Of a DNA stretch of 64,000 bases, positions 37,631 to 47,718 are shown in pieces. Under the pieces are notes generated by a model. It was not told where the DNA came from and ran no database searches. It saw nothing but the letters and a program-made list of their open reading frames with translations. The DNA is taken from NCBI GenBank assembly GCA_008632985.1, contig QPGO01000021.1:248001-312000 (forward strand). The letters are read 5' to 3'. Position numbers and translations under genes: made by a program. This stretch comes from Psammoneis japonica (lineage: Eukaryota). The first letter of the stretch is position 1. Each line of letters begins with the position of its first letter.

Positions 37631-40600
37631 GCTGTTTGCACATGCTCAGCCAATGCAGTGTCCAAGATCCTCTTGGAGAAGTCTTCATGTTCACAAACAC
37701 TGCCCACTGTGTTGGCACAAGATTTGGTCAACATGCCAGAACCTGGTGTTGTTGGCTTTGTGCACAGGACAGATCATGGTTGACACAGTCCACAGTTTGA
37801 CACTTGGCAGTGCCATGCTCCTGACAAAGATGCCGCAGGCTAGATGCCAGATGGAGAGAAGGCAAAAATGTCTTGACCTGAAACAGGACTCCCCAGAACA
37901 AGCAATGGAATGTGTTGGTGCAACAAGGGCTCAGTTCAATTCCCTTGATTGCTTGGTCCCAGTTTCAGAGGGGATCCTGTCATGAGTCAGAGGCTGTTCT
38001 TCTGACTTGATGTGTGCTTCAGCTGTTCTACAGCTCCAGAATTGAAAATGAGGCACACAATGTCATTTGGACAAGAATGGTCCTTCGAGACAAGAACAGT
38101 GTCTGGCAAGAGCAAGATGTTGCAGAACCAAAATGAGACAAAACTCAAAGAAAGCTGTCCCACAGTTTTCCCACACATCACAGGCTGCCTTGCATCATTG
38201 TTTGGATTTGCGCCAAACTCATCTCCTGTGTCTGTGTTTTCATCAATCTAAAGCAGAGTTGTGCAAATTTTATCTGCCATTTTGTCAACCACTGGATTTG
38301 CCTTGTCATTGTCATTGGGGTCCAAAAGAACCCCGCCCTTTGCAAACTTCTTGTCCATCATGTCAGTGGGGCTGATCTGCCCCACCTGTTTGTCCCCTGA
38401 AGGAAACACCAAACTTCTTCATCATCAACTTTTGGAAGAGCACAAATGGGTCCATTCCTTCACAACAGAGATTGGGCAAGTGCTTGTTGTCACCAATGCA
38501 GCAAAAATGGTGGCACCTGGCAGGACAACCTGCCAAAATTGCAAGACCCATGACATGTTTGGGGTCAGGGTCAAACCTGCACAGTCCACCATTCCTTTGA
38601 ATTGGCAAAAACAACTGTGGCTGGAGCTGAGAGATGAGTGTCTCTCACAGGGCAAGCTGGTGGCTTCAATTGGTCCATGCACACTTTGGGAACACTGGTG
38701 GTGCCACCGCCGCCTGTTGCAACAGACAACCAAGGACAACTGTCATCCAGCAACAAGTGCTTGAATGCATTTGCAGATGGCTCAACCTCTGGGTGGGAGG
38801 GACTGTCATGCATGAGGTCCATGTCTTGCAGTGCACAGTCCAGTTGAGCTTTGTTGCAATGCATCTGCATCAGCACTGGTTGCATGTTGAACTTGTCATT
38901 GCAATGAAACTCATCCATGATGAAGAAACAACTTGCTGATGTCTTCAAGCAGCAATGCCAGCTGCAGCTGTTTGCATTGTGGTGACCTGCACAGTGCTGG
39001 CCATGACCTTGCATTGTGCAGTTCTCCTGTTTGAAACATGGGCAACCCAACTTGTCAGCCAAAATCTTGGCATGCTCATCACACCAAAGCAACCAGTTGA
39101 AAGGCAGAGGGTTGTTTGCTTTCTTGAGCCACCTTGTTTTCACAAAGCTGCAAGAGTCCAAAATGTCTGCAACTGCAGCCTTTGTCTTGGCAGACAAATG
39201 TTTGTAAAGTTCTCCTCATCCACATCAAACACATCAAGATCTCAAGTCTCCATTGGCTTTGTAGACTTGGTGGAGCCTGGCTCCTTCCAATGACACTTCT
39301 GTCCAGCACACCCAAACTTGATCATTCTTCTGTCTCCAGATGCCACAGTGTTCAATCCATCATGCTTGAGATTGGGTTTGCCCTTCAATGAAATGAAAAG
39401 CAGTGGGGGTGGGCACACAACATGGAGACTGCCAAAGCAAGATTGGCAAAACTGCACTTGCTCGCCTTGCAACAGATGGCACCTCCAAGCAATGATCTAG
39501 ATCAGGAGGGTGATCCACTTGGACACACCGGCAGGCCCCTTGGCAGGATTGCCTGTGGGAGTTTTGTTGGCAAACTTGTGCCAGCCAGTTGTGCACCAAC
39601 TTGTCTGCAAGGTGGAAGTCACCAGCAGAGTGGTGCAGAATGTGCTCAATGTCAGTGGCCTTGTCAATGATGTGCAGGCATGACAAATGAGCAACAACTT
39701 CATCAGAGGCAACAGGGTGACATTTGGATGGGTTGAAGCATTGGCAGACCGTCAACACATCCAGCCACACAGCATGTCATTGGGGTTCTGCAGTGGGGAG
39801 TCAACAATCAGGTGCTTCACAGCAATGCTGGCAGGGCTGGAAGTGGAAGGATGAAGAAGGTTTGGCCAGGGTGATCATGTCCAACAAAGTGGGAATGTTG
39901 GAGGCAAGGGTGTGATGAGAATCCCTCAACAATGACACATTGTCAGATGCTGTGGGAGGAGTTGGGTTGGAAGGAGCAAAGGTCTTGGCCTTCTTGCAAG
40001 GGATGGTCAAAGAAAGCTCTTGTGGAACAAAGAAAAATTTGGAGAAAAGAAATTCATGAGACTGAGGGACATGGGAATGTTCAGGCAAACAAGTGTGCTT
40101 GCTGGCATCACACAAACAGATGGGTTTTTGATTTGCACTCTTGTTTGTGTTCATCTTCCAAACACCAGTCAGCTCTCTGGTTGTGTCTTCTGCAATGGAG
40201 CATCATGAGCTGCTTGCAGCACATGGGGTGGGTGCCGGGCTGCTCTTTCAGACTTCAGACAATGCTTCCCAAATTCTTGCTCCTCCCAGTGGGCCTTGGC
40301 ATTGCAATTCTTTGTCACCAGGCACTTTGTGCCATGAATTTCGTCTGTGACATGTGCCTTGATGGCATCCTCCTCTGACCCAACTTTGCCAGACTCACAA
40401 ATGACAAGAAAGCTGTTGACAAATGTGCAGCAATTCTTCTGTGTCAACCTTCCAAAAAACCCACAAGAGCCAACAACTGGTTCCTTCTGCTTGCGTTGCA
40501 CATGGTGCATGCATGACTGTTTCAGCAACAAAGAAAGCACCATGAAGGTCACATGCTTGGTGACAATCAAGGCCAGGAGACTGACACACTTCCAAAAATG

Positions 40601-41949
40601 GAAACAAGGCTTGTTGCCTGTCAGCAGATCATTGAGGTTCTCACCAGCAGCAATGATGTGGTGCACAAACTCAACCATCACATTGATGTTGCAGCAGAGT
40701 TTGTGACATTGCTGCTTCTCCTTCCCCATCTCACCAGGTGTTGCAGAGAACTCAAGAGCTTCCTCTGGCTTTCTGCATCAAAGAACATGGCCACCCTTGG
40801 CTTGACAGGATCTCTTGATTCCCCAACCACAAGTTGATGCAGGACCACATGTCAGGACATCCGAAGGACTTCCTTGCAACATTGTTGGTGTGGATGACTT
40901 CTACAACATGTGGAAGATGATGAAGTTTGGCTTGTGGCAAAGGAAGGGAGGCACCAGGAATTCTGGAGAGGGTGCCCAATTTGTTTGCTCCATGAATTGC
41001 ATTTTTTAAAGGCACATGCTGTGTTGTGCTTTTGAGCTTTGGCCCAAACAACTCTGTTCCAAAACCATTGGCAAAACATTCCCCATGTCATCAAAATCAA
41101 CATTGCCATTGAAAACAAATGAGGGGTTGGGGTTGACCTCATTGGCTGATGGGGCAAAGTTGTTCACTGCCATGGCCAGTTGTTGATTGGAGACAACAAC
41201 ACGTGCAATGCACGCAAATCACAGCAGTGCACACTCTTGCTTTTCCACATTTGGGGAGAGAGTGTGCCATTGTGAAATGTGCAGATGTTGGTGCACATGA
41301 AAAAATGCTGATGAAGCCACAGACCAACATGCTGTGTGAATCTGGGAAGCAGGAAAAAACGAGGGTGCACACATGGTGGTGGCAACTTGGGCATGCAGGG
41401 GCAATGTGGCACATGCACATGAGTGAGGAGGGCAAAGTTAAAACCAAGTTCAGTTGAAAAGCAACAAAAAAAAACAGGTGTCACTGAAGGTGACATTGCA
41501 AAGAGAGTCAACCAATGCATGCATGTTGTTGAAGCCAGTGTCGGAAGAGCAAACTCAGAAACAAAACAAACATGCCAAACAAAAGCATTTTGTTTGACAT
41601 GGTCACTCAAATTCTGCACATTCAACTGGTTGGTGAAACTGGTTGGTGAGCTCAGCAACAACTGCACAAACATTTACAAAGGAAAGCCAAAGCTGTTTGT
41701 TCTCCATTTGATCTGGTGCCACATGCCAATTGCAAGACTTTGGCCAATGCCAAGTGTCTTTCACAGGTGCAGCTTGACCCATCCAATGGAGAGGTCTTGA
41801 ATTGCAGCTGAGTTTCAACTCCATTTTCTTGAGGAAACCATGACCCAAAGCAACATTGCTGCAAGCACACATGGCACTCAAAAACACAGTTGGTGGTTCC
41901 AGCCACAGAGCGTGTTTTGTCAAACTCTGGGAAAGTCAAGTCACAGAGC

Positions 41950-43270
41950 AAGACCCAGTGGCCAGATTGAAGTGGCCCAGCTGGCATCTGAAAGAAGCAA
42001 GGCTCTCTTTCTCACCAACCAATGGTTTTGTGTCTGTGGCAGCCCCATGGAATGGACAAGAGCATGAGAACTGCATCCTCCACAACTTGGAGTGCATCAC
42101 CATGAGAAGCTGCTCAAGCCCCCAGTTGCTGGCATTTTCTGCTTGAGCAGTTCTCTGGCTCCAACCTCAAGCATCAGTGCAATCAGCATTGCCATCTTGA
42201 ATGTTCTGATTTTGATTGTTGCAGCGATGCTGGCCACCACCCTGGTGATTTGCACCATTGCTGCCTCAAGATTCATGGCAACTGCAGTTGTCATTGTCAC
42301 AGGTGCCTTTCACCATGACTGCCATGGCACCCACCACCCATGTCCATGGCCACCACACACCACACAATTGCCACAGACTGCCTTGACTTGGTTGCTCTGC
42401 TGGCACCCCCTGATGTCCTTGATGGTTGGGATTCTGAGGGTTGTCATGGCACTGTGCCCACCAGGAATGGAGTCCCTCATGCTGTGGCACACTGGACATG
42501 GGTCACTGGGATTTGGCTGCATCTTGCTGCCTTCTCAACCATTGCTCATGTCCACAAACACTCTTGAGTTCATGCTGCCACCTCCATTGCCACTGCAGCC
42601 ACTGTCATCATGGCTTCTGTTGCAATCATCCTTGCTTGCCACTGTCAACAAATGGCTTGTTGATGTCCATGCGTGTTTGCAGATCCAACACTGCATCAGC
42701 AGTCAAACTCTTGCCTGCTTGCATGCACAGCTGCTGCCAGTCAAAAAATGTCTTTCATCTCCTGCTCTGTGAGAACAAAAAGGCAGCTCCAGACAAATTT
42801 TGGCACAGCAAAACACATGGTTTTCATGTGGCTAATGTGTGCAGCAGTTTTGGCTGAAAATGACTTCTTGCAAGCACAGGCAAGCATGCTTTTGCATTGT
42901 CACAAGCTGCTGCTTTGAGTGGCACCAATGTGCCAAATTTCAATCCAACAGCATGAGCATGAGCTGATCCACACTGGCAGCAACATTTGACCATTTTCCT
43001 TTGGCAGCAGTGTCACAGCCACAAGCAATCTTCAAAGTGGCCAAACAGCTCCAGCCCAATTGTGTGCTGAAAGTGGCAAGCCAGTTTGGAAAACTGATTC
43101 TCAATGCACAACAATGCTTTGGCACCATGCTCCCCACTGAAAATTGGACAAGTGCTTCAAGCACCATTGTTGAACTTCTGCATGAGGTTGAGATGTCTTT
43201 GAGGAGAGGACAAACAAGTTTTGCATTGTGTGCAATTCAAGCAGTCTCCAGAGCAGCTTGATGCATGATG
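41950..43270 (-). pseudogene. Possible gag-like relic of an LTR retrotransposon
   Basis: Across a frameshift reads DPCPV-PQHEGLHSWWAQC(H>Y)DNPQNPN, a C-x-H-x-H-x-C knuckle followed by a Gly-rich tail; similarity from memory only. Confidence 0.3.
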
Positions 43271-43293
43271 TGACAACATTTGGAAGCTGGCCA

Positions 43294-43364
43294 ATCATCA
43301 TCATCAACAACAACAACAACAACAACAACAATGACAACAACAACAGCAACAACAACAGCAACAA
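43294..43364. repeat. (ATC)n/(CAA)n microsatellite
   Basis: atcatcatcatcaacaacaacaac...caacagcaacaacaacagcaac. Confidence 0.85.
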
Positions 43365-44312
43365 AGACAATTTGTCATCACACAGCCCATGCAACACATC
43401 TGTGATCAACAACCAAGCAAAAAAGTGCCTTAAACTCAACTGCATTGGGATGAGTTTTGATGTCAATGAACAATGCTCCATTCACCAACTTCAAGCATGG
43501 CTGCAATTGTTTCCTTTATGAGCCTCATTTCAACCCACATTCAAATCAATCTCTCTTTTTTTCTTTTTGTTGGTGTTCTGAGGATGGGGAGATGCCATTG
43601 CTTGCTGCAAGACAGTGGATGAGAGCAAGAAACAAGACAACAACAGCTGCAACAACAGCACAAGATCTGGCTTGAGATGGCTTGACATTCTTGACAATTG
43701 TGAGGAGAACCAAGAAGGGGGTGCTGTGGGGGTGAAACCCTTCAAATGGCTCCCCTGGAAAACACTGTGCGATTGTGTGCTGAGTGTGCCAGGACAGTTG
43801 CTGCACTGTTGATGTCATTCCCACAGGTGTGTGCTGCAATCATGGTTTTTTACAAACTTTTGCTGAAATTACATGCTCACTTGTTTTTTCATGTCTCGCC
43901 ATTTCTGCTGAGATCATTGCCAGTTTGCTGCTGTCTCAAATCACCGCTCATTTCAAGCAATCTCCAAGAGTTCTCAAATGTGCTCACTTTGGCTGCCAAG
44001 CCACTTTCCCCTCTGTCACACCTCACAATTTTCTGGAATGCCAAAATCTTGGATTCCATTTGTGTGACAATGCTGGACAAAGAAGATGAGAAATGCTGGG
44101 AGGAGCAAAGCCAAGGAGTCATCAACTTTGGCGGCTCAACAGACAGAGAGAAACTCTTGAGGGGCTTCAAGCTCCAACCACTTGAGTTGCAGTTGATTGA
44201 ACCAATTGGCACAGGGGCTGTTGCTTTCATGTCTGCATCATCTTCATGGCTGAGACATTCATGCCATCACATCAGCCATGCACTGGACTGTCATTGGCGC
44301 TCACCAGTGCCA

Positions 44313-44350
44313 GTGCTCAAATGTGCTCAAACATGCTCAAATGTGCTCAC
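44313..44350. repeat. 10-bp tandem repeat, about four copies
   Basis: gtgctcaa atgtgctcaa acatgctcaa atgtgctcac. Confidence 0.75.
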
Positions 44351-44989
44351 TTGTGATGAATGTGTTTGCATCTGTGAGTGCATGTCACAAAAATGCAACA
44401 TCTGTCCTGCCTGGCACATTTGTTGCCAATCTGTTGCAAGGCAGGTGGCAGCCACGCAGGCAGGCCACACAGGCATGAGCATGCAGACAGAGCCCACAAA
44501 TGTTCCCTGCTGCTGCATCAGCATCCACACTCTGCACGGCACAGTGGAAGCGACTCTGCTCCTCTCATTGATGCAGTGCATGTTGAGACAGTTCATTGCT
44601 TGCTGCATGTGCCACATGGCACGCAGGTGCACACAGTCTCCTTTCAGTTGCCACGATGAAAATGGTCGCTGATGGGTGAAGTGAGAGATGCCTGACTGCT
44701 CCATGGTGTCTCCCATCCTGCCAGAACAATGAGGGGTGCCTTGGGCTGACCTCATTTTTGCTGCTTTCATCCAATCATCTGGCTGCTGTGGCCGGCTGGG
44801 ACAGATTCTGCAGGACAGGCATGCAGGCACAGACCCACCTGTCACCTGCAGGCAGGCCTGCAGCACCATGCGGGCATTTTGCTCAAAACGTGCGAATTTC
44901 GTGCGACAACATTTTGAAAAAACATGTGTCACGTTGTGGCCATCATGATGTGCAACTTGAATCACGTTTTGTTGAAACACCACCTTTTG

Positions 44990-45120
44990 CTCAAACATGT
45001 CATGTTTGAGAAAACAGGACTCAATGTTTGAGGAATTGCTCAAACTTTGCGCAACTTTGAGCACTTGCTCAAACTTGCTGCTCAAACTTGTGCGCAAAGT
45101 TTGAGCACTTGCTCAAATGT
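44990..45120. repeat. Cluster of GCTCAAA/TTTGAGC direct and inverted motifs (subterminal-repeat-like)
   Basis: CTCAAACATG-t-CATGTTTGAG (44990-45010); GCTCAAA...TTTGAGC hairpins at ~45038-45062 and ~45080-45106. Confidence 0.7.
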
Positions 45121-45691
45121 GCAAAATTGATGCCAGCAGTCTGCCGGTGTGAAACTGCCATGCAGCACCAGCCCACCACACCGCACATGCTGTGTGCACT
45201 GCTGTCACTGCTTTCAATGCATGCATCTGTCAGTGCAAAGTGAACCCAACGGAAACAAGGTGTTTGCAGTCGTTGCCGGCAAACAACAAAATTGCAACCA
45301 TTGCACCATGGTGACATGAACAATGATTTCTCTGTGACAATGCCTTCAAGAAACCCAGTGTTCCAATGAAAGACATGTGACACAAACTCACACATGAAAA
45401 TGTTGAAAGTTCCAGCAGAATGGGCTTGTTGGGGGGGCTGCGGGGACCAACAAGGAACAGTGTCATGCAACAACATTTTGTCTTTTGTTTCGATCAAAAA
45501 CATTTTTCAAACCATGCCTTGGCATTGACGTGTGCCATGATGTTCACATTCATTGTTCCAAGTAAAAAACACGTCAAATGGATCATCAGCAAGTGCTGGC
45601 ATTAGACCATCTTCATGTTGTCATCACAGCCCCGTTCATCATTGTGCCAATGCAGATTTTTTGTTTTTTGGATGCGCGTTTCTTTCCAGCA

Positions 45692-46950
45692 ATGGCCAAG
45701 AGGGTCACTGAAGACCAAGGCCTTGAAAATGGCGGTCAATGTTTGCAGGGGGAGCAACTGTGGGCATCCGTTCATCGCGTTTATGATCGCCATCCCGAGG
45801 AAACAATCACTTGGTCATTTGTGCACCACACAGTCAAGTGGTGAACGCCATTTTTCAGTGTGATGGAGGGATAATTTTGCAAAGGATTCATGATTGCTTC
45901 ACTGTGGAATTTGGAAGTTTTTTCAGCATGTTTGCAACTCAGAAGAGATGCAGAATCCCACCGGAGTGGAGGTGATTGAGATCTGCTGCACCCAACACCG
46001 GATGTCATTGGGGACGGGCACAATCCGGCAGACTTCTTGAGTGAGAACAAGCTTTCAATGTTGGTGAACAACATGGACCACTCATGTGAGGATGCTGAAG
46101 TGTGTCTCGTGGCGGAGCCAGAGTTGGACATCAACGCATGTCCTCTGCCACCCACTCTCAAACAAGATGCCTCAAAAGAGATGGCTCCCACACTTCAACC
46201 ACTTTGGAGTGAGACTCGTCACAACATGAAAGAAGATGATGTTTGCTGCGGCACACGTCCATCGGATGCTCCCGATGTGCCTCACAAGTCAGAGTCTGCA
46301 AGTGACGAACTGATTCACAAAGTGATGACCATCGTTGACAAAAAGAGAATCACAGTCAAGAACATGGATGACTGCGGAGACCATGCAAGTGCTTTTGTTT
46401 GTTGTCACTCGTTTTTGTGTGGAGGCTCATTTGAGAATGGAATCTCACATTCATGTGTTGCCGCTTTGCTCCAAACCAGGTTGATTTCACCATCGATGAC
46501 AAGACATCTTCATTCAAGTGCACTGCCACTGTGTGGAAAGAGATGTTTGAGACAGCAAAGCATCGTCTCTTTGATGGGGCGGTGCATTTGGACAAGATCA
46601 TGCAAGGGGACTGTCTCATCGGAAGGGGCAAGCAAGACCGGACGTCTCCGGCACAATGCTTCGTCATTGATGAAAACATGGCAAAGCCAGGAACTCGCAA
46701 CAAGGCTTTCAAAATCAACTGGGATGATTTCCCAATGATTTGCACAATTGACTCTGCATGCACAAAGAAGCAACGGGATTGGAAAACAAATCTTTGTGCA
46801 CCCCCCAATCGCACGTGGAAATGCACCGCTCCGTTGCACCAAGACCCGCCGAAGTTGGGGGTTCGCAGCCTCCACAAAGACAGTCTTGGACTTGTGTTTC
46901 ATGATGGGGTCACATGTGCACAAGCCCCGCTTGTGTCACTCGATTGCTCT
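45692..46950 (+). pseudogene. Degenerate coding sequence of unknown function, nearly Tyr-free
   Basis: Protein-like stretches in successive frames (46037-46738, 46453-46974) with CpG retained, TpA absent, and Cys/His where Tyr might be expected. Confidence 0.4.
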
Positions 46951-46999
46951 CAGTGTTGGAATCTAGAGAGTTGAGTGCAGATGTTTCCCTTGCACCCGC

Positions 47000-47330
47000 C
47001 ATCGTGTTCTGCCATTTCTCTCATCACCTGCCAGTGCCGGTGCCGGTGCTCTCTCTCTCTCTCTAGAGTTGCAGCTCTCTGCCACTGCCAGAGAGGGCCT
47101 CTCTGCTCTCTTTCTCTCTCTCTCTCTCTCTCCACTTCCACCACTGGAGCAGCAGCAGCAGAGCAGCTGCACCGGTGGCTCTGCTCCCTGTGATGGCTGG
47201 CCCCACTCTCCAGAGAACAGTGGGCAGAGCAGTGTGATGCGACTCTCTCTGCTAGTGGTGGTAGCTAGAGTAGCTGCTACTCTCTCTCTAGCAGCTGCTA
47301 GCTAGTAGAGAGAGAGTAGGGCTAGAGGTC
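47000..47330. repeat. Low-complexity tract at the position matching 23520-23650, grading from CAG/CTG/CCA to TAG/CTA
   Basis: Lies between the same conserved anchors (GCACCCGCCATC ... AAAACTTGAAAC) as in copy 1. Confidence 0.7.
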
Positions 47331-47718
47331 TAAAACTTGAAACGGTGGCCTTACAGTGCCGGCACCTGCCATGACCAACTAACAAAGCGAAATCAGACAC
47401 TGTAAATGACTTTGGAAATGACTATGATAGACACAAAGGTAATAATGACTCCAGCTTTTTTTAATGATGATATAAATGAAGCTATTTTTCCATGTAAGAA
47501 AAACATAAGCCTCTTTGCGTTTTGCAACGTCCAAATGACTCTTCAGCATTCCGTGTTACTGTACTCTAGGTACCGGTACCGAAGAAAGCACAATAATTCG
47601 TCCTGCACATGTTTTTTTTTTTTTTTTTGGGCAAGCTATCGACTCAACAGAGGACTTCGATGCCCCTTCGCTTGTGAACATCCACAAGAAATTTTCTTAT
47701 CTTCAGCCGACCAACGCT

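Larger units (their letters stand above)
26960..46955. mobile_element. ~20 kb hypermutated transposon block (Plavaka/CACTA-like, probably with nested relics) between the two subtilisin genes
   Basis: Near-total TpA loss, CpG loss in the core, a Plavaka-like transposase relic and subterminal-type repeats; exact ends uncertain. Confidence 0.75.

Noticed and set aside
26970..47250. Alternative genetic code or viral insertion as the cause of Tyr-free ORFs
   Set aside because: The depletion is frame-independent, affects non-coding simple repeats and fades as a gradient; I recognised no viral hallmark genes.
26970..47250. Classical fungal RIP or 5mC deamination alone
   Set aside because: RIP increases TpA and lowers GC. 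CpG deamination cannot remove TpA, and CpG is intact in the DIRS element where TpA is lost.
26940..47305. Hundreds of overlapping six-frame ORFs rich in Cys, His, Met and Gln
   Set aside because: Loss of TpA removes TAA/TAG stops and Tyr codons in all frames, inflating spurious ORFs. They are not credible genes or a Cys-rich family.
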